The notes beneath the pieces were generated by a model that was not told the origin of the DNA, searched no databases, and was given only the letters and a program-made list of their open reading frames with translations. A program made the position numbers and the translations under genes. This document shows positions 1 to 9,937 of a stretch of 64,000 nt of DNA, piece by piece (the first letter of the stretch is position 1; each line of letters starts with the position of its first letter). Location of the stretch: contig JAWCKF010000002.1 in NCBI GenBank assembly GCA_038852315.1, forward strand, positions 12,840-76,839, read 5' to 3'. The DNA is from Thermoplasmata archaeon (GTDB taxonomy: Archaea > Thermoplasmatota > Thermoplasmata > UBA10834).

Positions 1-1583
1 ATGCCTATGTGCGATGCGATTATGAATTCCAGCCTCGCCAGCCCGACGCCGTCGCACGGTATCTGGCTCTGGGTGAATACGTGTTCCGGCACGGCCGCGT
101 TCATCATGATCTTCGTTCGCGTCTTCGGGAGGTCCTTGAGATCTGTCCGCTCCACCCTGTACTTCAGCAGGCCCCTGTACACCCTGCCCTCGCCCTCAGA
201 TGTGTCGACAGTGACCTGCTGGCCCGTCTTCATGACCTTCGTGCCCGTACCAGTGCCTATTATGCAGGGGATACCCAGCTCCCTCGAGACTATCGCCGCG
301 TGGCACGTCCTCCCGCCCCTGTCGGTCACTATCGCCGACGCTATCCTCATGATCGGCTCCCAGTCGGGGTCGGTCTTGTCAGTGACTAGCACCTCGCCCT
401 TCTTGAACTCGGATATCTCATATGCGCTCTCGAGCACCCTGACCGTTCCCTGGCCTATCTTGCTTCCGACCGCCTCGCCTGTGATTATGACTTCTCCCTT
501 CTCCTCCAGCACATACCGCTCGAGCACGTTGCCCGCCCTCGCTGCGTGCACCGTCTCCGGCCGTGCCTGGACGATGTAAAGCTCCCCCGTGATGCCGTCC
601 TTGGCCCATTCGATGTCCATCGGCTTCCCGTAGTGTTCCTCTATCAGGCACGCCCACTTCGCCAGCTTCACGATCTCCGGGTCCTCCAGGACGAACCTCT
701 TCCTGTCGCGCTCGGGGACCTCCACATCCACCATCCCGGGGCCCTTGGAGGCGTACACCAGCTTCACGTGCTTCCCCCCGAGCTTCTTCTCGATTATCGG
801 GTCCTCGAACTTTCCTATCGAAGGCTTGAACACGTAGAACTGGTCGGGGTTCACAGCGCCTTGGACTATCATCTCTCCCAGGCCCCACGAACCGGTGATG
901 TAGACGACGTTCTGAAAGCCGCTCTCCGTGTCGAGCGTGAACATCACTCCCGAACATGCCAGGTCGCTCCTGACCATCCTCTGCACGCCCACAGAGAGGG
1001 CGTTGTCGACGTGGTCGAAACCCTTGTGCTCCCTGTAAGCAATGGCGCGGTCGGTGAAGAGCGATGCGAAGCAGTGCTTTATGGCCTTGAGCACGGCGGC
1101 CTCTCCACGGACGTTGAGTATAGTCTCGTGCTGGCCGGCGAACGACGCTCCCGAGAGGTCCTCCGACGTGGCGCTGGACCTTATCGCCACGCTGGGGTTC
1201 GGCATGTTGAGCCTGCGCCCGAGCTCCCAGTAGCTGTAGGCGATCTCCCTCTTCAGCTCGTCGGGGAACTCGGCTTCCAAGAAGGCCTTCCTGACGCGTG
1301 CCCCCCGCTCGGCGACATCGACGGGGTTGTCAGGGTCTAGGCCAGTGAGCGTCTCCTTCACGACCTTGGACAGGTCCGCAGCGGCGACGAACTTCCTGAA
1401 CGCGGTCGTGGTGATCGCGAAGCCCTCGGGCACCTTTATGCCCTTGGCGGTGAGATGTCGGATCATCTCCCCCAGGGAAGCATTCTTCCCCCCTACTTTC
1501 GCGAGATCCTCGAGGCTGATGTTCTCGAACCACAGCACGTGCTCGTTGTTCCTCGCCTGCGATCCCTCCGCCCCCTCGACCAT
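1..1583 (-). CDS. ppsA: Phosphoenolpyruvate synthase (pyruvate, water dikinase). The N-terminal ~527 aa are present and the C-terminus runs off the left edge.
   Basis: My own reverse-strand translation from the ATG (complement of 1581-1583) reads MVEGAEGSQARNNEHVLWFENISLEDLAKVGGKNASLGEMI... and stays open to position 1. It contains the phospho-His swivel-domain motif GGRTCHAAIVSRELGIP. It is absent from the ORF track because there is no in-window stop. Track ORFs 1..579+, 418..957- and 546..1340+ are shadow frames. Confidence 0.9.
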   Translation of the reverse strand, partial: MVEGAEGSQARNNEHVLWFENISLEDLAKVGGKNASLGEMIRHLTAKGIKVPEGFAITTTAFRKFVAAADLSKVVKETLTGLDPDNPVDVAERGARVRKAFLEAEFPDELKREIAYSYWELGRRLNMPNPSVAIRSSATSEDLSGASFAGQHETILNVRGEAAVLKAIKHCFASLFTDRAIAYREHKGFDHVDNALSVGVQRMVRSDLACSGVMFTLDTESGFQNVVYITGSWGLGEMIVQGAVNPDQFYVFKPSIGKFEDPIIEKKLGGKHVKLVYASKGPGMVDVEVPERDRKRFVLEDPEIVKLAKWACLIEEHYGKPMDIEWAKDGITGELYIVQARPETVHAARAGNVLERYVLEEKGEVIITGEAVGSKIGQGTVRVLESAYEISEFKKGEVLVTDKTDPDWEPIMRIASAIVTDRGGRTCHAAIVSRELGIPCIIGTGTGTKVMKTGQQVTVDTSEGEGRVYRGLLKYRVERTDLKDLPKTRTKIMMNAAVPEHVFTQSQIPCDGVGLARLEFIIASHIG

Positions 1584-1918
1584 CCTTCGCCCCGTCCTGA
1601 AAGGACACCTCAGACTCGCCGCCGAGGCGACGGCAGCGCGAGGTGCCCAGCCTAGGGTTTCGCGCGAGCCAGGTGCAGCGCCACGTGCTGAGCGGCTGGC
1701 CCAGCTTCGGGATAAATGTCCGGGCCTTAATAACATTTCTCAACTAACTGCCCTTCCCGAATGACCGTCCAGTGTAGCTGGATTCGGACTCGGCCGCCCT
1801 TTCGCGACATGTCCAGAATTGTCCAACCGATTGGGTTAGCCGACTCCGCGAGAGCGTCGGCAAAGGAATTATGCGAGGAGCGTGTTCTCGAATCCCGTGT
1901 GATACCTTGCGAGTCGCC

Positions 1919-3040
1919 ATGCTGACATACAGCACCAGGCCCAGAGGGGGCGTGGTCCATGCCCTCAAGCTATCCGAGAGGCTCGCGGCGTTGGGCGTCG
2001 GCGTGACGATCTACTCGCTCGCCCGCTCTGACGATCCTTCAGGCAGGTCTGGATTCTATAGGAGCGTCGATGTGCCGTTCGAGATATTCTCTTACGACCA
2101 CTCTTCAGATGTAATGGAGAGGCTCGAGAGAATGATAGAGGCATACGTCTCGAACCTCCCGAGGGACCCGGACGTTTATCACGCTCAGGACTGCGTGGGT
2201 TGCACAGCACTCGCGCGCATGAAGTCCAGGGGCGAGATATCCTCACCGGTCTTCCGAACGATACACCATGTCGACGATTTCGCAGAGCCGAGGCTCTACG
2301 AGTTCGAGAAGAGGGCTGTGGCGAGTGCCGACTACAGGTTCGTCGTCTCGCAGTACTGGAAACGCGTCCTCAAGGACCAGTTCGGGTACGAATCCGTTGT
2401 CACATACAACGGCCTCGATATGGATGATTTCTCGCATCTCCCCGAGCGGACGAGCGATGTTCCGACCGTTCTGTTCGTCGGCGGCCTCGAGCCGAGGAAG
2501 GGGCTCGAGTACCTGATGATGGCCATGGAGTTCGTCGCAGATGAGATTCCAAGAGCGAGGCTGGTGGCGGTTGGCAGGGCCGGCTTCAGAGGCACCGAGC
2601 AGTGGCGTTGGTTCGAGACGCTCGCCGACAGACTGGGCATCCGACCGAACCTGGAGGCGTACGAGGGCGTGACTCAGGAGAAGCTCCTGCAGTTGTACGC
2701 AGACTGCGACCTGCTCGCGCTTCCTTCGAAGACCGAGGGCTGGGGGCTGGCCCTCATGGAGGCGATGGCCTGTGGGAAGCCCGTTGTAGCGAGCCGGGTT
2801 GGAGGCATCCCCGAGCTAGTGAACGATGGCCTTGAGGGCGTGCTCGTGGACCCGGGGGACGTCAGAGGCCTGGCAGAGGCAATAGTTCGCATCCTCAGGG
2901 ACCCGGCTCTGAGGGCTGAGATGGGCTCAAAGGGGAGGGAACGTGTGAAGGCGTTCTCATGGGACGACACCGCCAGGACCGTGATGCGAGAGTACAGCAG
3001 GGCGCTCGGTCATGACCGGGCGAACTCGTTCATGAAGTAG
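1919..3040 (+). CDS. GT-B fold glycosyltransferase (GT4 family)
   Basis: Track ORF 1871..3040. I prefer the start at the internal ATG 1919 (MLTYSTRPRGGVVHALKLSE...). The C-terminal half has GT4-type motifs (LPSKTEGWGLALMEAMACGKPVVASRVGGIPELV). Confidence 0.8.
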   Translation: MLTYSTRPRGGVVHALKLSERLAALGVGVTIYSLARSDDPSGRSGFYRSVDVPFEIFSYDHSSDVMERLERMIEAYVSNLPRDPDVYHAQDCVGCTALARMKSRGEISSPVFRTIHHVDDFAEPRLYEFEKRAVASADYRFVVSQYWKRVLKDQFGYESVVTYNGLDMDDFSHLPERTSDVPTVLFVGGLEPRKGLEYLMMAMEFVADEIPRARLVAVGRAGFRGTEQWRWFETLADRLGIRPNLEAYEGVTQEKLLQLYADCDLLALPSKTEGWGLALMEAMACGKPVVASRVGGIPELVNDGLEGVLVDPGDVRGLAEAIVRILRDPALRAEMGSKGRERVKAFSWDDTARTVMREYSRALGHDRANSFMK

Positions 3041-4446
3041 ACCATGGACTTCTCCACCTCGGCCATACCCGCTATCCTCCTGTTGCCCTCAACAACGATG
3101 AACTCGTTCGGGCTGTGTGCCAGGTCGCTGTGCCCAAGGCCACCCATCGTGAACGGCAGCTTGAGTATCCTGTTGAAAGCGTAGAAGGGAACGGAGCCTC
3201 CGCTGGTCGGCCACACGCTGGGCTCCTCCCTGAATCTGGTCAGAGTTCGGATCATCGCCTGGACCACAGGTTCCTTGACGCTGCACCTGCACCAGTCGTA
3301 GCCCGTATCGACCTCCCTGATCTCGATGTCGTCGTACCCGCGCTCGTCGAGGTGCTTTCGTACCAGGGTCAGCATGGCGTCCTTCCGCTGGTTCGGCACT
3401 ACCCGTATGTCCATCTTGCACGTCGCCTTGTGCGGCAGTATCGTCTTCGAACCCTTCTCTGTCCATCCAGCCCAGATGCCGTCGATGTTGAGCGTGCTCG
3501 TAAACGAGTACTGCTTGATAAGTGCGACCCTGTCGTCCTCCGGAATCATGAATTGCCTGACCTTCATCGAGTCCTTGGTCGTCTTCGGGTTGAACTTCTC
3601 GGCGGCGCGCGCGATGATTTCCTCGTCTTCGTCCGATGGCGGCGCGACGTCGTCGTAGAAACCCTTTATCGTTACCCTGCTGCCGTTTTCCTCGGTCATT
3701 GTGCTGAGGGCGTCGATCAGGCGCCAGACTGGGGAATCGACCCAGGCCTTGTTGGCACTGTGTATCGCGAACTCCTGTGGCCCCCTGCCCCACGACCTGC
3801 CCGAACACTCGAGTTCGAAATACACGACCCCCTTGACTCCCAGGAACAGGTTCACCGCGCCATCGCCGTCCTGAGCGCAGTACGGGAAGTAGCACGCATC
3901 CGCCCTCTGTAGCCGTCGCTTGTTCCTCCTTAGATAGACGGGCAAGTTAGGCGAGCCCAACTCCTCCTCGCCCTCTGCGACAAGTAGCAGATTCACGGGC
4001 GGCCTTCCCTCAGAGTGCGTGCAGGCCTCCACGGCGTTGAGGAACATCGCCATCGGCCCTTTCGTGTTGTCCGCACCGCGGCTCACGATCGCCTTCACCT
4101 TTCCCGCAGGGAGCCTCATATCCACGAGCTTGGCCCCGAGTGGCGGATATCTCCACCCGGGTTCGTTGAAAGGCATGGTGTCGTACATGAAGTATCCGAG
4201 AAGGGTCTTGTCAGAGGCGCCCTTGCACGCGCCGAACACAATAGGGTTGCCTTGAGTCTCGACAATCTCAACCTCGTCACAACCGGCCCTCCTGTACATG
4301 TCTGCCACCAGGTCGGCGCATTCGTCCACTCCGATGTCCTCCTGGCTTGAGCTCGGCTGCATCAGCAGCCTCCGCATGCTACTCAGGTGCCTCTTCAAGT
4401 CCGAGTCGATCCGCCTGTAGACGCTTTCGATATCGAAACTCGTCAT
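3010..4446 (-). CDS. M20 family metallopeptidase (ArgE/DapE/CPG2-like dipeptidase)
   Basis: 478 aa. M20-type motifs are present (SRGADNTKGPMAMFLNAVE, LLLVAEGEEELGSPNL, C-terminal GGSVPFY...GLGHSDLAHSPNEF). Confidence 0.8.
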   Translation of the reverse strand: MTSFDIESVYRRIDSDLKRHLSSMRRLLMQPSSSQEDIGVDECADLVADMYRRAGCDEVEIVETQGNPIVFGACKGASDKTLLGYFMYDTMPFNEPGWRYPPLGAKLVDMRLPAGKVKAIVSRGADNTKGPMAMFLNAVEACTHSEGRPPVNLLLVAEGEEELGSPNLPVYLRRNKRRLQRADACYFPYCAQDGDGAVNLFLGVKGVVYFELECSGRSWGRGPQEFAIHSANKAWVDSPVWRLIDALSTMTEENGSRVTIKGFYDDVAPPSDEDEEIIARAAEKFNPKTTKDSMKVRQFMIPEDDRVALIKQYSFTSTLNIDGIWAGWTEKGSKTILPHKATCKMDIRVVPNQRKDAMLTLVRKHLDERGYDDIEIREVDTGYDWCRCSVKEPVVQAMIRTLTRFREEPSVWPTSGGSVPFYAFNRILKLPFTMGGLGHSDLAHSPNEFIVVEGNRRIAGMAEVEKSMVYFMNEFARS

Positions 4447-4668
4447 CCTATCCGGGCATGGAAAGGGCTAGGACTGAAATGATGCTTTTCGTCCCCCTCC
4501 GTCCAAGGTGCTCATGGGAGCAGAAGGAGGGTGCCAGAGGCAGGCCAGTGCTTGTTTGAGACTGCTGCTGACGCTACATCCCCGCACCAACCGAAGACCC
4601 TAAATATGCTCGGGCACACTTCAAGGTCTGGTTCGAGCGGCGGAGATGCGCCCACAAGACGTTTGAGC

Positions 4669-6264
4669 ATGGCGTGCACTCGCGCCGGCCCGACAAGCCT
4701 GGACGGGGGGATAGCGACGAGCTACAAGGTCGTGCTGACCGCCGACAAGACTCTGATGTCCAGCTACAACCAGAGCATGTTCATCGGTTTCGCCGCATGT
4801 TTCCCAAGGGTACTGCCGAGGTGGCTCTATACCCGACTCTTCTGTCCTTCTCAGCCGCACCCGAACGGGCTTGCGAAGTTCGCCCCTTGCGGCCTGAGGA
4901 AGATACAGGCCGCTCTCATCCGCTCGGGCATACCCGAAAAGGACATCGCGGTAGCCTATCCTGACTCCATCCACAGGGTGGTCGACGAGAAGACCAAGGT
5001 CATTGGCATTAACACTTCCGACCCGATGGGACTGGGACCCGCCTCCAGCACGTTCTCCAGCCTGATCGGGAAGGAGCCGTACACCGCTTTCTTCTTCAGG
5101 ACGCTCGTCACGAACGAGGCGATAAGGAGGTCCGGTGCGAAGGTCATAGTCGGCGGGGCGGGAGCGTGGCAGCTCGGGGACGAAGCCATCAGGGAACGGC
5201 TGGGGATAGACACTCTCGTGGAGGGAGAGGGAGAACTGGTGGCCCCTCAGCTGTTCAAGGACGCGCTCGAGGGGAGGCCGCTTCCCAAGAAGGTCACCGG
5301 TGGGACCACGCCCGTCGAAGAGATACCTCTCATCGCCGGACCCACCATAAACGGCATGGTCGAGATAAGCCGTGGCTGCGGGAGAGGTTGCGAGTTCTGC
5401 AACCCCAACATGAGGACCATACGGCACCTCCCCGAAGAAAGGATACTCGAGGAGGTGAAGCTTAACCTGGCCTCGGGCACGGAGAAGACCTGCTTGCACG
5501 CAGAGGACGTGCTCCGCTACAAAGCCAAAGGCATGGTCCCGGATGCCGAGAAGGTGGTAGGCCTGTTCGAGCGTGTGGCCAAGCTGACTGGCAACATCGG
5601 GATGAGCCACTTCGCGCTCTCCTCCGCACTCGCAGCTCCGAAACTCGTTGAGGAGCTGTCTCACATCGTAGGAGCTGACTCCGGCAGGAAGGTGTACGGC
5701 CAGACAGGTATAGAAACCGGCTCGCCCAAGCTCGTGCGGGCGCACATGAAAGGAAAGGCCAAACCGTTCGAGCCCGAGCGCTGGCCCGAGGTCGTCAGAG
5801 AGAGCTTCAAGCTCCTGGCCGACAACAACTGGGTGCCATGCGGCACGCTCGTGATGGGCATGCCGGGTGAGAGGGCGGAAGACGTCTCGAGGACGCTCGA
5901 GCTGGTCAGGGACCTGAGACAGTACAAGAGCCTCATAGTGCCGCTCTTCTTCGTGCCCTTGGGTGAGCTTAAGGAGAGCGAGTTCTTCCGGCCAAATGCG
6001 ATGCTGCCTGAGCACTGGATGCTCTTGGCCGAGTGCATAGAGCACGACTTCTCATGGGTGCGCGTGCTCATGGAGGAGCTGTTCGCCCAGAACAGGCTCT
6101 CGTCAGCGAAGGCCAACGGTATGAAGCTGGCTGCATGGTACATGCAGCGGAGGCTGAAACCCTCGCTCGAGCTCATGAGAGAGGGCAAGAATCCGTTGGC
6201 TGTTGAGCGGGAGCAGCCCCAGATGGGGCTGTACTGGCTACCTCCCGGAGAGGCCGAGGCGTGA
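4669..6264 (+). CDS. Radical SAM protein with an N-terminal Rossmann/B12-binding-like domain. Function unknown.
   Basis: Track ORF 4531..6264. The CX3CX2C motif lies in EISRGCGRGCEFCNPN. The start is uncertain (ATG 4669 preferred; ATG 4606 or 4531 possible). Confidence 0.75.
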   Translation: MACTRAGPTSLDGGIATSYKVVLTADKTLMSSYNQSMFIGFAACFPRVLPRWLYTRLFCPSQPHPNGLAKFAPCGLRKIQAALIRSGIPEKDIAVAYPDSIHRVVDEKTKVIGINTSDPMGLGPASSTFSSLIGKEPYTAFFFRTLVTNEAIRRSGAKVIVGGAGAWQLGDEAIRERLGIDTLVEGEGELVAPQLFKDALEGRPLPKKVTGGTTPVEEIPLIAGPTINGMVEISRGCGRGCEFCNPNMRTIRHLPEERILEEVKLNLASGTEKTCLHAEDVLRYKAKGMVPDAEKVVGLFERVAKLTGNIGMSHFALSSALAAPKLVEELSHIVGADSGRKVYGQTGIETGSPKLVRAHMKGKAKPFEPERWPEVVRESFKLLADNNWVPCGTLVMGMPGERAEDVSRTLELVRDLRQYKSLIVPLFFVPLGELKESEFFRPNAMLPEHWMLLAECIEHDFSWVRVLMEELFAQNRLSSAKANGMKLAAWYMQRRLKPSLELMREGKNPLAVEREQPQMGLYWLPPGEAEA

Positions 6265-6272
6265 TCCAGGCC

Positions 6273-7184
6273 TCAAATCGGCTTGACCTTCGTAGTTTCT
6301 GCGGGCTCAGATGCGGAGACGAGGTATATCGCGGCCAGCACGCAGGCTGCACCCACCGCTGCCGTCAGCCTAAGGCTCTCGTCCAAGAGCGCGAAGGCTA
6401 TCACGAGCGCGGTCACGACCTCTACGAGCATGATGGTCGCGGAGGCAGTCGCGGACACGCCCTCCAGGCCCATGGCCCAGAGGAGAGTCGCGACCGAAGT
6501 GCAGAACACTCCCAGGTAAACCGCCGCGAGCCATCCGTTCAGGCCAACGGCCAGGTCGGCGTTGTCTGTCAGGGCCAAGTACGCGACCACGGGTGCTAGG
6601 AAGAGCGTGCACGAGGCTATTGCGCCAGAGCTTATCTCTACTGCAGTACGCCGCGCCAGCGTCTTCTTGCTGAGCACTATGAAGAAGGCCCAGCTCCAGC
6701 CCGCGAGGTACGCGAGTATGTCTCCCAGCAGCTCCGACGAAGAGAAGGATAGGCCCTTGTCAGACGTGACCAGCACTACCCCGAGGGAGCCCACCACCAC
6801 ACCCAGTAACTGCGGTCTCGAGAGCCTCTCGCGGAAGGCGAAATAGGAAACTATCGCGACCGCCACCACATTGATGTCGACCAGCAGCGCGGTCTTTGAC
6901 GCGGTGGTATACACAAGCCCCACGTACTGGAGTATGAATCCCGCTGCGTTGAACCCCCCGATCAGCCAGATGACAGGCTCCTTCATGACGGAGAAAGAGA
7001 ACTTGCCAACAAGCAGCACGACCGAGAGCGTCACCACGGAGGCCACCAGGAACCTGAGCCACAGAAAGAGCACATCGTTGCCGACATACCGGAGGCCCCA
7101 CTCCGCCCCAGGGAAGGAAGTCCCCCATATGAGGCTCGCGAGAAGGGTCAGGTAGACTCCGTGCCTCAAGTCTCTCTGCGGCAT
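6273..7184 (-). CDS. DMT/EamA family transporter
   Basis: 303 aa, about 10 hydrophobic segments, duplicated EamA-like halves (LLASLIWGTSFPG...). Confidence 0.8.
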   Translation of the reverse strand: MPQRDLRHGVYLTLLASLIWGTSFPGAEWGLRYVGNDVLFLWLRFLVASVVTLSVVLLVGKFSFSVMKEPVIWLIGGFNAAGFILQYVGLVYTTASKTALLVDINVVAVAIVSYFAFRERLSRPQLLGVVVGSLGVVLVTSDKGLSFSSSELLGDILAYLAGWSWAFFIVLSKKTLARRTAVEISSGAIASCTLFLAPVVAYLALTDNADLAVGLNGWLAAVYLGVFCTSVATLLWAMGLEGVSATASATIMLVEVVTALVIAFALLDESLRLTAAVGAACVLAAIYLVSASEPAETTKVKPI

Positions 7185-7216
7185 CGCGGAAGAGAATGCC
7201 CCTTAGTATTAGAATG

Positions 7217-8872
7217 CTACTTAGGCAACTCCTTCGGGAGGTTGATGTGGAAGACGCTCCCTTTCCCAACCTGGCTCTCGACCCACAGGCGGCCGCCGTG
7301 GGCCTCGACTATGCCCTTTGAGATGGGGAGGCCGAGGCCCAGCCTGTCGACCTGGTGGGAGAGGTCGTTGCTTGTTACTATGTGGAACCTGTCGAAGATC
7401 CTGCCGAGGTTCTCGAGAGGTATGCCTATGCCATTGTCCTTGAACCATATGTGGATTATCCTGCCCTCGTCACGGGCCCCAACCTGTATCCTCCCGCCCT
7501 CCTGCGTGTAGCGTATGGCGTTGTCCAGGATGTTGTTGAAGACGTCCTTGATCCTCCGGCGGTCCGCCATGACGGGGGGCAGTTGCCCTTCGACCTCGAC
7601 GGACAGCGTCTGGTGCTTGGCCTCCGCATCCTTCATCCGCTGTCGGACCACTTCTTCGAGGATCGCCTCTATCCTGATGAGCTCCGGATGTATCTGCAGA
7701 GAGCCCTTCTCGAGCCTGCTGACGTCCAGCATGTTCTCCACAAGGGTGTAGAGCCTGTCGGTGTTGGCCTTGATGGTTGCCAGCCTGGAGGCGAACTTCT
7801 TGTCGAGCTTGGAAGCGTACTCGCTCTCCATCAGCTCGAGGTAGCCGCGCATGACCGTGAGGGGCGTCCTCAGTTCGTGCGAAACGATGTCTATGAACTG
7901 TGTCTTCATCATGTTCACGCGCTCGAGCTCCTGATAGGTCTGGGTGAGCTTCTCGTACGACCGCTCGAGCTGGTTCTGGAGCCTCACCTTGGAGGTGACG
8001 TCCATCGCCACGAAGAGGACGCGCTCGACATCTCCCCTCTCAGATCTTATAGGCGTGACCCTCGCGTGGAGGTAATACGCCCTGTCCGGCCGAGGGACGA
8101 AGTGTATGTCCACCTTCTCGCCCTCGTGGCCTTCCATGCCCTGGACCACTAGGGCGTCTATTCCTGACTTTATGACCGCTGGAATCTCGAACACGCTTGT
8201 GCCCACCAGTTCCTCAGCTGACCTTCTTTCGAGAATCTCGAGCATCTGCTTGTTCACGGACATGAATATCCCGCGGGCGTCGCATGTGAACATCGCTATA
8301 GGGGCGTGCGTGACAAGCTGCTCAGTCTCCTGCTTCGCCCGCAGCAGCGCAGCCATGTTCTCCATGCTCTCGATCACAACAGCGACATAGTCGGCGACGG
8401 ATGACAGCACCACCTCGGTCTCAGGCGGGAACTCGGGGGAACCCCGCGAGGTCGCCACACCCAGGTAGCCGAGGACGTTGCCGCGCGCTACCACAGCACT
8501 GACTATCCCGGTCTGGAGGCCGAGCGCTTCTGCGAAGGGCCTGGCGACGGGTGGGAAGCTTTCTATGCCATCTATCCTGACCACCTTTGGCCTCTCGCCC
8601 GATTTGAAGGCGGCCCTGAAAGATGGGTCCGTCTGAACCGGTGGCAACTTCTCCCGAATCTCATTCCGAACCCCCGATACGCCTACTACCTTCAGTCTGT
8701 TGGCTGTCTCATCGATCAGGAACAGAGCACAGTAGTCGGCGTGAACCATCTCCCGCACCTCCGCTGTTATGACCGCGCCCGCCTCTTCCTCGCTGGTGAC
8801 TGCGCGGAGCTTCTCGCTGATCCTTACGATGGTCTCGACTGTAGCCGGCTGGAGGGTACGGTCAAGGGGCAA
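7217..8872 (-). CDS. Cytoplasmic sensor histidine kinase (GAF-PAS-HisKA-HATPase_c)
   Basis: 551 aa. H-box SHELRTPLTVMRGY, N-box FNNILDNAIRYT, G-boxes DNGIGIP and GLGLPISKGIV. There is no TM segment and no adjacent response regulator. Confidence 0.85.
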   Translation of the reverse strand: MPLDRTLQPATVETIVRISEKLRAVTSEEEAGAVITAEVREMVHADYCALFLIDETANRLKVVGVSGVRNEIREKLPPVQTDPSFRAAFKSGERPKVVRIDGIESFPPVARPFAEALGLQTGIVSAVVARGNVLGYLGVATSRGSPEFPPETEVVLSSVADYVAVVIESMENMAALLRAKQETEQLVTHAPIAMFTCDARGIFMSVNKQMLEILERRSAEELVGTSVFEIPAVIKSGIDALVVQGMEGHEGEKVDIHFVPRPDRAYYLHARVTPIRSERGDVERVLFVAMDVTSKVRLQNQLERSYEKLTQTYQELERVNMMKTQFIDIVSHELRTPLTVMRGYLELMESEYASKLDKKFASRLATIKANTDRLYTLVENMLDVSRLEKGSLQIHPELIRIEAILEEVVRQRMKDAEAKHQTLSVEVEGQLPPVMADRRRIKDVFNNILDNAIRYTQEGGRIQVGARDEGRIIHIWFKDNGIGIPLENLGRIFDRFHIVTSNDLSHQVDRLGLGLPISKGIVEAHGGRLWVESQVGKGSVFHINLPKELPK

Positions 8873-9036
8873 GACAGCCTCCTCCTGAGGATCGGGGGGT
8901 TACCTTTGCAGCCATAGAGGTCGAAGGGAACGGTGTCGAGGATAGATAATACGTTCGAGGCGCGATGCGGAGTCGGCGGCGAATGTCAGGGATTGTGAGC
9001 CAAGGTTATTACCACAACAATAGCATACGCTGTCCG

Positions 9037-9549
9037 ATGACTGTGCGGGGTGTCGGTGGCAAGGAGCCTGTGCTCGGCGACGGAGTCTATGTCGACCCCA
9101 CCGCTGTCGTGATAGGCGACGTCCGGCTGAGGGACGGTGTGAGCATCTGGCCCGGCGCAGTCGTGCGCGCCGACGACGACTTCGTTGAGGTGGGCCGAGG
9201 CAGTGCGATAATGGATGTCGCCTTCGTTGAGGCGCCCAAGGGCAGGCCTGTTACGATCGGGCAAGGAACCATCATCTCACACGGGGCGAGGCTCCATGGA
9301 TGCTCGGTCTCCGAGGAGTGCCTTGTCGGAATAGGTGCCATAATCCTTGACGGGGCGACCATCGGGGCGCGTTCCGTTGTCGCTGCGGGGACGCTCATCT
9401 CCCCTGGCGCCAAGATACCCCCGGAGTCGTTCGTTATCGGAGTGCCCGGCAAGGTCGCGAGGACGACATCTGTTGCGGAACTCGACAGGGTCAGGCATGA
9501 CCTTCGGTTGATCGCTGCAAAGGCCAAGCTTTATGCCAGTACGCTGTGA
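9037..9549 (+). CDS. Gamma-carbonic-anhydrase-like / left-handed beta-helix (hexapeptide repeat) protein
   Basis: Track ORF 8965..9549, with the start moved to ATG 9037 (MTVRGVGGKEPVLGDGVYVDPTAVVIGDV...). Hexapeptide periodicity runs throughout. A TATA-like aaggttatta sits about 27 nt upstream. Confidence 0.8.
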   Translation: MTVRGVGGKEPVLGDGVYVDPTAVVIGDVRLRDGVSIWPGAVVRADDDFVEVGRGSAIMDVAFVEAPKGRPVTIGQGTIISHGARLHGCSVSEECLVGIGAIILDGATIGARSVVAAGTLISPGAKIPPESFVIGVPGKVARTTSVAELDRVRHDLRLIAAKAKLYASTL

Positions 9550-9605
9550 AACTGTCGATAGGGACCGGACTTGGACATTATCGGTGTCGAAAAGCGAATC
9601 GTCCG

Positions 9606-9614
9606 TTTTATATA
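9606..9614. promoter_or_regulatory. Consensus-like TATA box (TTTTATATA) with no annotated gene downstream
   Basis: Seen in the 418-bp gap between 9549 and 9968. Orientation is ambiguous because the box is near-palindromic and has no clear purine-rich BRE on either side. Confidence 0.35.
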
Positions 9615-9929
9615 CCGACAGACCGATAACAGCACTGCCAGTAGCGCGTGCTGGACATAGACTGTCTTAGGGGTGGGGGATGGTCTCACAGAAGGTCCGA
9701 TGATGGAAGTACGATTTGGAAAGCCGGTGGTGGCGCGCGTTAGGAAGTGCAGACTCGTCGTGGTCAAGAAGAGGAGGGCTAACGACAGGAACGACGGCGA
9801 TGCTGGCGAATGATCCCGTAATCAGCGCGCGATTCACGACCCACTTCTCAGCACTAGGGACCTAGCTTTCCTGTGGAAACCACCCTCTGTTTCCACTGGC
9901 GGTGGTCCGTGCGTCCTCCGAAAAGGCTA

Positions 9930-9937
9930 TTTATATA
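9930..9937 (+). promoter_or_regulatory. BRE/TATA promoter of the 9968 membrane-protein gene
   Basis: The purine-rich gaaaagg is followed by TTTATATA. The ATG at 9968 lies about 34 nt from the box centre, giving a very short leader. Confidence 0.5.

Noticed and set aside
418-1340. Track ORFs 418..957 - and 546..1340 + at the left edge.
   Set aside because: They overlap the ppsA frame, which has unmistakable PEP-synthase motifs. Their Arg/Gly/Pro-rich composition looks like shadow-frame sequence.
9633-9904. Identifying the candidate structured RNA as RNase P RNA or SRP RNA.
   Set aside because: GGAAAGC/GCUUUCC resembles P4, but the conserved bulged-U context AGGAAAGUCC is imperfect. The order and spacing of elements fit neither strand: on the plus strand an extra hairpin lies between the P4-like 3' strand and the terminal helix, and on the minus strand there is a 75-nt tail. 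I could not find CR-II/III motifs (GGUAAGAGC-type). I also could not find an SRP helix-8 GNAR-loop/AGCA signature in a consistent orientation. It is left as an unclassified candidate.
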